A stretch of 64,000 bases of DNA, from NCBI GenBank assembly GCA_964620125.1, contig CAZUGQ010000007.1:29795-93794 (forward strand), read 5' to 3'. Source of the stretch: an uncultured Hyphomicrobiales bacterium (lineage in GTDB: Bacteria; Bacteroidota; Ignavibacteria; Kapaibacteriales; Kapaibacteriaceae). The position numbers were made by a program, and so were the translations under genes. Positions 31,503 through 41,214 of this stretch are shown here, in pieces (positions within the stretch are counted from its first letter, which is position 1; each line of letters opens with the position of its first letter). A model generated the notes under the pieces. It was not told the DNA's origin. It did no database searches and saw only the letters and a program-made list of their open reading frames with translations.

Positions 31503-31990
31503 TGTTCACAACCATCCTTGTCTGGACACTTCTTGCTGCATTTCCCTCCCAGCCCAAGAGCATTGGTCTGCAGGCAATGCCGTTTACGCTCCAAGACCAG
31601 TTTGAAAATGAATGGAAATGGGAAAACCACTGGAAGGGTAAACCCGTTGTCCTGGTACTGAGCGACTGGAAAGGCAGTGACTACACTACAGCGTGGACTG
31701 ACCCACTTACCCAGCGGTTCAAGGATAAAGTTCAGTTTGTTGCCGTTGCTGATGTATCCCTTGCACCTTCCTTCGTTCACGGCCTCATACGTTCGCGCTT
31801 TCGTGATGCCTATTCGTACTCCATCCTTCTGGACTGGGAGGGTGATGTGTGCCGCTATTATAAAATGCAGGAAGGTTTGCCCAACGTGTTGTTCATTGAC
31901 GGAAGTGGCCAGGTCCGTTTGCATACGTGGGGCAAAGGATCGAAGGATCATGTTGAGACCTTTGCCACTCAACTGGAAAGAATGCTCTAG
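31499..31990 (+). CDS. thioredoxin-fold (redoxin-like) secreted protein lacking the CxxC motif
   Basis: Signal peptide. The pattern GKPVVLVLSDW...FIDGSGQV is typical of a TlpA/AhpC-like fold, but no cysteine pair is present. Confidence 0.4.
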   Translation: MMFTTILVWTLLAAFPSQPKSIGLQAMPFTLQDQFENEWKWENHWKGKPVVLVLSDWKGSDYTTAWTDPLTQRFKDKVQFVAVADVSLAPSFVHGLIRSRFRDAYSYSILLDWEGDVCRYYKMQEGLPNVLFIDGSGQVRLHTWGKGSKDHVETFATQLERML

Positions 31991-32650
31991 ATGCCGACAA
32001 TCGTAGACAAGGACAAGAAGCGGCTTGACATCATCAATGCCGCCGCCAACGTTTTTGCACAGGCGGGCTATCACTCTTCCACGATACAGGACATTGCCAA
32101 CAAGGCAGAGATTGGCAAGGGCACCGTATACGAATACTTCCGAACCAAGGAAGACCTGTTCCTTGCAGTGTACGATGTATGGATGAGTCAGTACGAAAAC
32201 ATCGTTCGGCAGCGAGTAGCCGCCGCCTCCGACGCACTTGCCAAGGTTGATGCAGTGCGAGAGAGTGCCGTTGAGTTTTATCGGCAGCGCGCTGCCCAAG
32301 CCCCCTTACTTCTTGAGTTCTGGGCACATGCCTTGCGCACTGACAATCCAGCCTTCCTTGAGCGCATCAACAGCACAAGGCGCTTTCTTCGGGAACTTGG
32401 TGAACAGCTTACGATGGAACTCGTAGCTGCCAACTGGTTCACATCCGTTGATGCATCTGCATTTGCGCTTCTCGAAGCGGGGATCAGTGATGGCATCTTT
32501 CTTACGTGGGTGCTTGACGGTCAGACGTTCCCACTCGAAAAAGCCTATACGTTCAGGCAAAGTCTTATCGGGCTCGGACTTCTCTCTGATGATGCACGTG
32601 CTGCGCTTGGTTCAAAACTCACTATCAAGTTGGAAAGGGGCTTGAAATAA
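31991..32650 (+). CDS. TetR/AcrR-family transcriptional regulator
   Basis: N-terminal HTH: IINAAANVFAQAGYHSSTIQDIANKAEIGKGTVYEYFRTKEDLF. Confidence 0.85.
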   Translation: MPTIVDKDKKRLDIINAAANVFAQAGYHSSTIQDIANKAEIGKGTVYEYFRTKEDLFLAVYDVWMSQYENIVRQRVAAASDALAKVDAVRESAVEFYRQRAAQAPLLLEFWAHALRTDNPAFLERINSTRRFLRELGEQLTMELVAANWFTSVDASAFALLEAGISDGIFLTWVLDGQTFPLEKAYTFRQSLIGLGLLSDDARAALGSKLTIKLERGLK

Positions 32651-32714
32651 CGCTGGTGAGTCACGTGCACACTTGCGTTCGCGAGTCCGCGTGAGTTCGA
32701 TTACGTTGAGAATG

Positions 32715-33947
32715 TTATATCACCAGTATCAAGCCTACTACCGCATACGCAGCCCACATGAAGCGCTGCTTCCACGTAGCAGCCCACGGCTGACGTGCAC
32801 ACCAGTCAAACAGCCAGGCCATTGCCAGTGTGAGCACGATGATGCACAATGCCGCCACCATGCTTGCACCAATGGACAAGGAATGGTAATGCGTACGACC
32901 AATGCTTGATACCCAAGGCGTTCCGAACAACAGCACTAGATGGATTACATAGATCCAGAGCGACTTGGTTCCGAACACGGTGTACCACTTGCGCAGTGAC
33001 CAGGTTCGTTCCAGCACCCAGACTGCCGTGCTAAACACGACTAACACCACGCCAACTCTACGAATGAACAGTGGAATGCTCATTGGTCCCTCCAACTCGG
33101 CGTTTGAAACGCCTGCCATCACAAGTCCTGCTTGGAGTGCTAGACCTGCTAGTGCGATAACACTTCCATATCGCCAACCCATACGCATCAGAACAGAGTC
33201 GCGCGTGGCTGCTGGAGCAACAGCAAGGCGTGAACCAATAAAGAGACCAACGAAGAAATAGGCACTGAACGGAAAGATGGGAAATAGCGACCCGGTGGAG
33301 GTGTTTACGTAGGCACGAATGAATGCTGGCATATCGTTCAATACTGCAAGATGCTGCATCAGCGGTGTTGCAAGAACGATGACAACTGCCGTGATCAGTG
33401 CACGTTGGCCCAGTTGATGCACACTTCGTGTTGACGAAGCAATCACGGCAAGCAGCAGAATCGTAACGCCGGTGAGGTGGAGGATATTCACGGCAAGAAA
33501 TCCATTCCATACAGGCTGCGGCACATAGGGAAGATCCCAAACACTGCTGGCTGGAAACATCATGAAGTAACCGATACCCATGATGGTAAATGCCCACCGA
33601 ATACGCTTATTCAGCACATCCTCGCGCACGCGTCCGTCCTTCTCACGTTTGGTTGCAAAGGCATGAACGGCACCCGACACCATGAGAAAGATTGGTGCTG
33701 TAAAGCCACGAATTACATGCCACACGTTCCAAGGGAATTCCGTGAGCACGAGTTCTGTTCTCACCGCCAGCGCGTCGATCACATGCCCCTGCATCATGAA
33801 CACCATTGCCACAAATCGCGCCAGGTCCAGTGCATACAACCGTCCATCGGATACGCGAACACGCTCGGTTGCCGAAGCTCGGCTCAAGCCAAGCCATTCT
33901 AGTGGCAGTGCAACTGCACTGCGCATGATCAGGATAAGTTCAGACAC
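32715..33947 (-). CDS. polytopic membrane protein, DUF1624/HGSNAT-like acyltransferase family
   Basis: About 11 TM helices. The N-terminal RLYALDLARFVAMVFMMQGHV motif is characteristic of the DUF1624/heparan-alpha-glucosaminide N-acetyltransferase-like family. Confidence 0.5.
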   Translation of the reverse strand: MSELILIMRSAVALPLEWLGLSRASATERVRVSDGRLYALDLARFVAMVFMMQGHVIDALAVRTELVLTEFPWNVWHVIRGFTAPIFLMVSGAVHAFATKREKDGRVREDVLNKRIRWAFTIMGIGYFMMFPASSVWDLPYVPQPVWNGFLAVNILHLTGVTILLLAVIASSTRSVHQLGQRALITAVVIVLATPLMQHLAVLNDMPAFIRAYVNTSTGSLFPIFPFSAYFFVGLFIGSRLAVAPAATRDSVLMRMGWRYGSVIALAGLALQAGLVMAGVSNAELEGPMSIPLFIRRVGVVLVVFSTAVWVLERTWSLRKWYTVFGTKSLWIYVIHLVLLFGTPWVSSIGRTHYHSLSIGASMVAALCIIVLTLAMAWLFDWCARQPWAATWKQRFMWAAYAVVGLILVI

Positions 33948-34028
33948 AGTAGTGCAAATTCGCTGACGTTAACAGTAGTTCCACATGAACTGAAATTCAC
34001 CGTTCCTTCACCCAGGTAGTATTGCCTC

Positions 34029-35501
34029 ATGAAATGTCTCGTGATTGGTTCAGGTTTTGGCGGGCTCACCGCTGCCCTTCGACTCCTGGCGAAAGGGTAC
34101 GAGGTGCAGATTCTTGAACGTCGCGACAAACCCGGTGGCCGTGCATACGTGTACGAGCAGGACGGTTTTGTTTTCGATGGTGGTCCCACGATCATCACTG
34201 CACCTTGGCTTATCCACCAGCTCTTTGAACTGTTCAGCGTTTCCACGGCTGATTACGTGGAGCTTGTACCGATTGACCCATTCTATAACGTGAGGTTTGA
34301 AGACGGAACGGTATTCAGATACAATGGCAAGCGAGAAGATGTTCTTGCACAGGTTGCCAGCTTCAACAAGGCTGACGTTGAAGGTTACAGTACGTTCTAT
34401 GAAAAGACTGCCGACATCTTTCGTGCTGGCTTCAATCTCATTGATCAGCCATTCACGACTCTTGGCTCTATGCTCAGGGTCTTGCCAGATCTTGTTCGTT
34501 TACGCAGTGACCGCAGCGTAGCATCGTTCGTGAACTCACACATCAAAGATCATCGGTTGCGGCAGGTGTTCAGTTTCCACCCGCTTCTTGTTGGAGGTAA
34601 TCCCTTTCGCACTACGAGCATCTATGCTCTCATTCACCGTTTGGAACAAGAGTGGGGCGTGTGGTTTGCCAAGGGTGGAATGGGAGCATTGGTGCGAGCA
34701 CTAGTTCGGCTGTTCCAAGATCACGGAGGAGTAATCACCTACAATGCTCATGTTCGCCAGATTAACGTAGAGAGTAATGTTGCAAATGGCGTATGGCTAG
34801 AGGATGGTTCATTTATACCTGCCAACGCAGTAATCAGCAACGCCGATGTTGCAACAACCTATTTGCGGCTTGTTCCGCAAGAGTACCGACGTCGCAACTC
34901 AGATGCTCGAATCAAACGACTGCGATACAGCATGAGTTTGTTTGTGCTGTATTTCGGTACGAATCGGACATACGACACGATTGCACATCACGAGATTCTG
35001 ATGGGTCCGCGGTACAAGGAACTACTGGAGGACATCTTTACGCGCAAGGTACTGGCTGATGACTTTTCGCTCTACCTGCACCGCCCAACCGCTACCGACC
35101 CTTCCTTAGCTCCTCCTGGCTGTGATGCTTGGTATGTTCTCTCGCCAGTACCACATTTGGAGAGCGGCACGGATTGGTCTGTTATGGCGCCAGTATACAA
35201 GGAGAGGATACTGCAGTATCTGGAAGAACGATACCTTCCTGACCTGCGAAGTCACATTGTAACGCAGCATTACATCGACCCGATTCACTTCGAGACTACA
35301 TTACAATCATACTTGGGTAGCGCATTCAGTGTTGAGCCAGTCCTCACGCAGAGTGCGTGGTGGCGTCCGCACAACAAGAGTGAAGATGTTGACAGGCTGT
35401 ACTTCGTTGGAGCAGGTACACATCCGGGGGCTGGACTTCCAGGTGTAATGAGCAGTGGTGCCATTGTAGCCAGACTCATTTCCGAGGAATTGTCGCGCTA
35501 A
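34029..35501 (+). CDS. crtI: phytoene desaturase-family FAD oxidoreductase (CrtI/CrtD-like)
   Basis: MKCLVIGSGFGGLTAALRLLAKGYEVQILERRDKPGGRA is the dinucleotide-binding motif. The C-terminal ...GAGTHPGAGLPGV is the CrtI-family signature. Confidence 0.85.
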   Translation: MKCLVIGSGFGGLTAALRLLAKGYEVQILERRDKPGGRAYVYEQDGFVFDGGPTIITAPWLIHQLFELFSVSTADYVELVPIDPFYNVRFEDGTVFRYNGKREDVLAQVASFNKADVEGYSTFYEKTADIFRAGFNLIDQPFTTLGSMLRVLPDLVRLRSDRSVASFVNSHIKDHRLRQVFSFHPLLVGGNPFRTTSIYALIHRLEQEWGVWFAKGGMGALVRALVRLFQDHGGVITYNAHVRQINVESNVANGVWLEDGSFIPANAVISNADVATTYLRLVPQEYRRRNSDARIKRLRYSMSLFVLYFGTNRTYDTIAHHEILMGPRYKELLEDIFTRKVLADDFSLYLHRPTATDPSLAPPGCDAWYVLSPVPHLESGTDWSVMAPVYKERILQYLEERYLPDLRSHIVTQHYIDPIHFETTLQSYLGSAFSVEPVLTQSAWWRPHNKSEDVDRLYFVGAGTHPGAGLPGVMSSGAIVARLISEELSR

Positions 35502-36175
35502 TCAAGCCACACGTACTCGAAAACGAATGCGCTAATGATTGTTACCAGGCCACTGTAAACGAACATCAGAACAAGGTTTGGGAGAGACTCCTGCAGATCG
35601 AACCCGGCCAAGGAGAGCAGCATACTTCTGGTACCTAGCAACAGGATTGGTACGAGGATTGGGAAGCCAAGCACGGGTAGAATCGGTGAGCGAGCGCCTG
35701 CTTTTGCAATGATTGCACTAACGATGGTAAGCACACATGCCAGCCCAACACTGCCCAACAGTACTACCGCAATAAGTCCTGCAAATGATCCTGGAACAAA
35801 ACCAGAAACGAACACCAACATCAGCAGTGTGGCTAATACATTGGCGCCAACACTCAGTAGAATGTTCGTAAGCAGTTTGCCCCCAAACACTGCAAGAGGT
35901 GTGCTATTGATTCGCAGGAATAATGCCGTGCCCCTCTCTTCTTCGGTAAGGAAGCTTCTGCCAAGTCCGGTCATTGCTGTAAACATCATGATGATCCACA
36001 GCAACGCCACCGTGAGTGGCGGCGGAAGTGGCTCGTCTGCAACACTGAACACAACAAGGGAAACAGCCGTTATCACAAACAGCAGTAGTGCTGTGATTCC
36101 GTACCGTGTTCTGAGTTCGGAGCGGACGTCCTTGGCCGTAACTGCCAGAAGTCTGCGTATGGAGGTTGCCAGCAT
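35498..36175 (-). CDS. CcmB-like ABC-2 permease (heme exporter protein B family)
   Basis: Six TM segments, about 225 aa. Similar to E. coli CcmB: FLTEEERGTALFLRINSTPLAVFGGKLL vs FRDDLQDGSLEQLMLLPLPLPAVVLAKVM. Confidence 0.5.
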   Translation of the reverse strand: MLATSIRRLLAVTAKDVRSELRTRYGITALLLFVITAVSLVVFSVADEPLPPPLTVALLWIIMMFTAMTGLGRSFLTEEERGTALFLRINSTPLAVFGGKLLTNILLSVGANVLATLLMLVFVSGFVPGSFAGLIAVVLLGSVGLACVLTIVSAIIAKAGARSPILPVLGFPILVPILLLGTRSMLLSLAGFDLQESLPNLVLMFVYSGLVTIISAFVFEYVWLD

Positions 36176-36190
36176 GTGTTCGATGGCAGA

Positions 36191-37525
36191 CTAGATCAGT
36201 CCGCGCGTTTTGAGTTCCAGATATCGATCAATTGAAGCGATGCTGAGTTGTGTTGGGGCTGCAAGTACACAGTGTATGCCACGGTGCCGAAGTTCCATGG
36301 CAATGTCACGCTTTTGCTGAAGAAAGTCGCGAGCTACTGTTCTCTTATAGACGTCTTCGATCGTTGCAGCACGAGAGGCTGCAAGTGCTCGAACTTCGAC
36401 ATTCTCGAAAATGACTACAACAAGAACATGCCGTGTTGCAATGAGCTGGAAGTATGGCAGCCTGCGGTGCAATGCACTCATCGAGTCTATGTTGGTAAAC
36501 AACATCACCAATGACCGATGGCGCAGTGAAGTTCGAATGCGCAGCACCAGATGCTCATCATTGGTTTCTTCAAAGTCTGTCTGCAATGCATACAACGTTT
36601 CATTTATCTGAACGATCTGTTCAGGCTTGCTTCCCGGGGTAACCATCGAACTACCATGAGCACCATAGGTTATCAACCCTGCTCTGTCGTGCTTCTTGAT
36701 AACCACGTTGCTAAAGGCCAGTGCTGCGTTTATAGCATAGTCCAACGACGTCATCCCGTCAAACGGTGCTCGCATGATACGGCCGGTATCAAGCACCGCT
36801 ACAACGTCCTGCGACCGTTCATCCTGATACTGGTTTACCATCAGGTTCCCACTGCGTGCTGTGGCTTTCCAGTTTAAGGACCGTACGTCGTCACCACTTA
36901 CATAGTTCTTGATCTTCTCGAAATCCATGGTGTGACCGAGTCTGCGCAAACGTCGCTGACCATGTTTGACGAGACGGTTGGAGAAGGCATGGAGTTCAGC
37001 TTTTCTCATCACGGTAACCGAAGGATACACCTTGCATTCGTGATCGGCATCCCACCGAAACCGTCGCTCGACCAAACCCAAAGGTCCTTTAACGAACACG
37101 TTTACCGCGCCGAAGGAGTATACACCACGTTCGACCGGCCGAACCGAGTATGATACATCGCGCTCCTGTCCACCATCTAGCCGAACGTGGAGATGAAAGT
37201 CGCGCTCCTGAAACTGAATCGGAAGCTCATCAACAACCGATGCAGTAATCGTTGAGGGATAAAGGCTTTTGAGGCGTATGCGCACAATATTTGGTTCACC
37301 ATTATTCAACCGTTCTTCCAATCTTCTTCTTGCGTGAACCATTCGCCCCTTACTCCAGAGCCACGTGGTGTCAATAAGGATGGCGATGGTAAACAGAACG
37401 AGGGCTGCGAGCGTAACTGGATACAACACATTCACCCACACGGACAGTACTGCCGGAACGCTAAGTCCGAACAGTATGATGTACGCACGTGGTGTTAGAA
37501 ACCAGCCTTTCCAAAAGGAAATCAT
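36191..37525 (-). CDS. DUF58 domain protein (vWA-like, partner of MoxR)
   Basis: N-terminal TM segments. DFEKIKNYVSGDDVRSLNWKATARSGNLMVNQYQDERSQDVVAVLD is the canonical DUF58 core. There is a 4-nt overlap with moxR. Confidence 0.85.
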   Translation of the reverse strand: MISFWKGWFLTPRAYIILFGLSVPAVLSVWVNVLYPVTLAALVLFTIAILIDTTWLWSKGRMVHARRRLEERLNNGEPNIVRIRLKSLYPSTITASVVDELPIQFQERDFHLHVRLDGGQERDVSYSVRPVERGVYSFGAVNVFVKGPLGLVERRFRWDADHECKVYPSVTVMRKAELHAFSNRLVKHGQRRLRRLGHTMDFEKIKNYVSGDDVRSLNWKATARSGNLMVNQYQDERSQDVVAVLDTGRIMRAPFDGMTSLDYAINAALAFSNVVIKKHDRAGLITYGAHGSSMVTPGSKPEQIVQINETLYALQTDFEETNDEHLVLRIRTSLRHRSLVMLFTNIDSMSALHRRLPYFQLIATRHVLVVVIFENVEVRALAASRAATIEDVYKRTVARDFLQQKRDIAMELRHRGIHCVLAAPTQLSIASIDRYLELKTRGLI

Positions 37526-38457
37526 CGAGGAACGTCCAGTGAGCGAAGTATGTCGCCGATAACGAGATCAGATGAAAATCCTTCGAGCTCACGTTCAGGC
37601 GCAACTTGCACTCGATGCCGGAGTACGGGCTTGGCAACTGCTTGCACATCGTCGGGCAGCACAAAGGTTCTCCCTTCCAGAGCTGCTCGAGCCTTTGCCG
37701 ACATCAACATGCCAATGCTTGCTCGGGGGGAGGCCCCAAGATCGAGGGATGGTGTGTTGCGTGTTGCTTGGGTTATCGAAGCCACATACCCGATGATGCT
37801 GTCTTCAACTACAACATTCTTCACACTCTGCCGAAGTGCTGCTAACTGATCAAGGCCGAGGATTGGACTGATGCTGTTTACGTCAGGCGCCGTACCTACA
37901 ATGTGATGGCGACGCAGGATCTCCACTTCTTCATTAACATCCGGATACGTTACAACAACCTTCATGAGGAATCGATCAAGCTGTGCCTCGGGTAAGCGAT
38001 ACGTTCCTTCCTGTTCTATCGGATTCTGGGTTGCAATCACCATGAAAGGAGATGGCAGAAGATGGGTTGCGCCGTCAACACTAATCTGTCGCTCTTCCAT
38101 TGCCTCGAAAAGTGCGCTCTGCGTTTTAGCCGGCGCCCTGTTGATCTCGTCTGCAAGAACAAGGTTTGCGAATACCGGTCCTTTGCGAAAGTGAAATTCC
38201 AGCGTTCGCGGGTCGAATACGCTTGTGCCAATGATGTCGGCTGGCATAAGGTCTGGTGTAAACTGGATTCGCGTGAACGTGCAATCAAGGAGTCTTGCTG
38301 TTAACCGCGCTGCAAGTGTCTTTGCAACACCCGGAACACCTTCTAGCAAGACGTGACCGTTGGAGAGCATGGCAATGAGCAGGTGATCAATCAGATCGGA
38401 CTGACCAACGATGATCCGGCTTACCTGCTCACGAAACGTGGTGATAGTGTCTTGCAT
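37522..38457 (-). CDS. MoxR-family AAA+ ATPase
   Basis: IVGQSDLIDHLLIAMLSNGHVLLEGVPGVAKTLAARLTARLL is the Walker A region. LADEINRAPAKTQSALFEAMEE is the Walker B/sensor region. Length about 311 aa. Confidence 0.92.
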   Translation of the reverse strand: MQDTITTFREQVSRIIVGQSDLIDHLLIAMLSNGHVLLEGVPGVAKTLAARLTARLLDCTFTRIQFTPDLMPADIIGTSVFDPRTLEFHFRKGPVFANLVLADEINRAPAKTQSALFEAMEERQISVDGATHLLPSPFMVIATQNPIEQEGTYRLPEAQLDRFLMKVVVTYPDVNEEVEILRRHHIVGTAPDVNSISPILGLDQLAALRQSVKNVVVEDSIIGYVASITQATRNTPSLDLGASPRASIGMLMSAKARAALEGRTFVLPDDVQAVAKPVLRHRVQVAPERELEGFSSDLVIGDILRSLDVPR

Positions 38458-38474
38458 GGTGATGGTGGATTAGT

Positions 38475-39683
38475 TCAGATTGACGTTGCAGAGAAGAATG
38501 TGTGGATGTCGGCGTGTGCTGACTTAAGCTCGGCGTCTGATACCTTGTTGTGTACTGATCTCTGAGCCAGCGTAACCAGCCGCAGAACAACGTCGGGTGC
38601 AACACCGGAGGAAGCACTCACCATTTTGGCAATGTGGTTAGGATCACCGTCTACTGGGAGCCTGAGCTTTCTTGTTACATGTTTTCTAAACTGTGCTGCG
38701 ATTCGGCTCAGGATAGCCGCATGATCCTTTCGCAGCCAATACAACGATGTGATGCTGTCGAGGAAGTCGAGGGTTGTGTTCACAATCGGAGGCTTGCTCG
38801 GGATGGCACGCTGCCTCCTCTTCCCAGCAACAATGAGGTACATGCCCAAGCCCCCTAACAGAATCAAGTATGCAAGCATAAGGCCTTTGTGAGACTTCAG
38901 GTAGCTGAGTGGTGCTAGTTGCTCAGATGCTTGCATTGGTTTGTAATGTTCATCCCAGTAGACGACACCCTCTGGCATATAGCTCAGCACTGCCATCGAG
39001 CTGTGCCAAAGTTCATCGTACAACAATCCATAGTTGGTGAACAACTGCGGGGCCGAGCATAGTAGGAGCTGTCCTTTGCCGTAGGTCTTGCGAGCTGCAA
39101 CAGTGCTACCTTCAGGATAGACCTTATTGATGATAGCACGCCATCCTGCTTCCAGAGGTTGATACTCGTAACTTCGCCCAACGCTGTCGTACGTCGTCAC
39201 CCGTTTCTCTGAGAACGTGTATCGGAATCCTGGTGCACTGGAGTGTTCGGTAAGAATGCGGCTGGGGTATCGTGCGTCAAACAGAGGAAAGGCACCTGTG
39301 TAGATGTAAGAGTCGTCAATCTCACACGCGTCCAATATGGTGTCTGCAAACGTGATTGCGCTTAGGATAATCGTACTTCCGCGATCGAGAAGTGTGAACA
39401 TCGCATCAAGGCTAGCGTCGTCAAGCTCTAGATGGTCCGTGGCAAGCAAGAGGATCACTGGACCCGTGGTCTTCCGGCTCAACTGGTCCAGTGTACCCGT
39501 AGATACGGTAACAGTACGATTGTGCTGATACCGAAGCCATTCAACAACTGCCTTGGATCCGTAAGGTGCCTTGCTTGTTGACCTGAAATCTGGATAAAAC
39601 TTATCTGCATCCTGCAACTGTACTCGCATGAGTATTAGAAACACGATAAGCAAAACGGCCAATATCCAACCGATCCTGTTCAT
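38475..39683 (-). CDS. DUF4350 domain protein
   Basis: N-terminal TM segment (MNRIGWILAVLLIVFLIL), then a periplasmic domain. Assigned by its position in the conserved DUF4129/DUF4350/MoxR/DUF58 cluster. Confidence 0.55.
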   Translation of the reverse strand: MNRIGWILAVLLIVFLILMRVQLQDADKFYPDFRSTSKAPYGSKAVVEWLRYQHNRTVTVSTGTLDQLSRKTTGPVILLLATDHLELDDASLDAMFTLLDRGSTIILSAITFADTILDACEIDDSYIYTGAFPLFDARYPSRILTEHSSAPGFRYTFSEKRVTTYDSVGRSYEYQPLEAGWRAIINKVYPEGSTVAARKTYGKGQLLLCSAPQLFTNYGLLYDELWHSSMAVLSYMPEGVVYWDEHYKPMQASEQLAPLSYLKSHKGLMLAYLILLGGLGMYLIVAGKRRQRAIPSKPPIVNTTLDFLDSITSLYWLRKDHAAILSRIAAQFRKHVTRKLRLPVDGDPNHIAKMVSASSGVAPDVVLRLVTLAQRSVHNKVSDAELKSAHADIHTFFSATSI

Positions 39684-40309
39684 ACATGGTGCCGAATAGT
39701 GGCACGAACGGCATCGAAGGCTTGCTGTGCACGGTGAAAGTCGGCCATGCTTACCTGTTCCAGTCCATACCACGCTGACTGGAACATTCGGACTGCCTGC
39801 CGATAGGAATCGCCGAAAGCAGTTCCAGCGAGATCTCGAACGTATTCTGCATCGGTTCTTTCCGGTCGGAAGTTGATCATCCCAAGGTCCTTGAGCTCTG
39901 AGAGCGTTCGACGATATAGAAGTCGAATTGCAAGCCTGTAGTTGCCATCATTCACGGCAACCCCGATCAGTCGATCGAGGTCCTCTGGTGCTTCAAGTTG
40001 TTCTTCCTGCACAAGGGCAAGCCTAGAACCTGATGATGCAAACAGTCCCTGTTTTCGGGACTTCATGATAAAGAGAATCACGAGTGTGAGAACGCCAACG
40101 ACGATGATGAAGCCCACCAGATCGGGGAGTCCATTGAAATCGCCATCGAAGAGTTCGGCAATCCAATGCTGCAACCAATCGAACAGTTTGTCCATCGCGC
40201 TCTCACCACCCTTTTTAAGGATGTATTTGTACGAAGGGTCATCAAGCATGGCATCTTGCCACGCTCGCTGTACGATTGGATCAGCAGCAATGATTGTATC
40301 AGGCTTCAT
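39680..40309 (-). CDS. DUF4129 domain protein
   Basis: TM segment followed by ...YRRTLSELKDLGMINFRPERTDAEYVRDL...FQSAWYG..., which is typical of DUF4129. ATGA overlap with the downstream gene. Confidence 0.6.
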   Translation of the reverse strand: MKPDTIIAADPIVQRAWQDAMLDDPSYKYILKKGGESAMDKLFDWLQHWIAELFDGDFNGLPDLVGFIIVVGVLTLVILFIMKSRKQGLFASSGSRLALVQEEQLEAPEDLDRLIGVAVNDGNYRLAIRLLYRRTLSELKDLGMINFRPERTDAEYVRDLAGTAFGDSYRQAVRMFQSAWYGLEQVSMADFHRAQQAFDAVRATIRHHV

Positions 40310-40317
40310 GGCATGGT

Positions 40318-41214
40318 TCAGGCAGGATGAGAACCAGGATCGATCAGAGCTAGTCTGCGACCAAGCTCGACACCTTCAATACGTTCGCTATGCTGATAGT
40401 AGAGCACGGCATGGGATATGTAGGTTATGAAGCTTGCGAATACCAAAAGTATGGGGATGGCAATCGCAGCCACACCGGCAAGTATTGGCACAACCGGACC
40501 AAGCTCAGTAGTTGGAAGGATTGAGAGAGTACCAATGGACAGAATAGTTCCTGGTATCATCAGCGACAGCAGTAGTGCTGCCTGCGCCAGCCCAACAACC
40601 AGAATGATGCCAAACGAGTACCACCAACGATCCTTAATCAGAACAAAGACGCGCGATAGCGCTTTGCCTACATCGGCATCTTCTGCAACGACGGTAAATG
40701 CCAGCAACCCGAGCGGCACGGAAAGGTATATACCAGGTAGATAGAAGAACTGTGTTGCAATGTTGATCATGATGGCTGATGCGGCGGCGGCAAAGAATGT
40801 TCGCCAGAAATACTTACCAATCGCTGAGCGGAGCCATTCATAATCAGGATAAGAGCCTTGTTCTGCATAGTGTTTTACCGCAAGGTAAACGATGCACATC
40901 TGCAAGGCAGAGCCAGCTGATAGTGCTATCAATGCTAAGAGCAGACCTATGATAATGCCAGGCAGCGAGGATAGAAATGTGTCCGAATACATAGGCGACC
41001 ACTCATTATTCCCACCATATTGGTCGGCTATCATGCCAAAGAATTCGGAAAACAAGAAGGCCGTTGCAACCGCGCCGATGATAAGCCAGGGAGCACAAAT
41101 GCGAACGGTTGCACGCATCATTGGCTTGAAACCGCTTCTCGCAACCTCGAATATTACTGTGATCGTGTCAGAAAATGACCGAACCTCTCTAAGCCGATAC
41201 TCTTCGATCGCCAT
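40318..41214 (-). CDS. hypothetical polytopic membrane protein in the MoxR cluster
   Basis: About 6-7 TM helices and no soluble domain. Probable start is MAIEEYRL. Confidence 0.5.
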   Translation of the reverse strand: MAIEEYRLREVRSFSDTITVIFEVARSGFKPMMRATVRICAPWLIIGAVATAFLFSEFFGMIADQYGGNNEWSPMYSDTFLSSLPGIIIGLLLALIALSAGSALQMCIVYLAVKHYAEQGSYPDYEWLRSAIGKYFWRTFFAAAASAIMINIATQFFYLPGIYLSVPLGLLAFTVVAEDADVGKALSRVFVLIKDRWWYSFGIILVVGLAQAALLLSLMIPGTILSIGTLSILPTTELGPVVPILAGVAAIAIPILLVFASFITYISHAVLYYQHSERIEGVELGRRLALIDPGSHPA

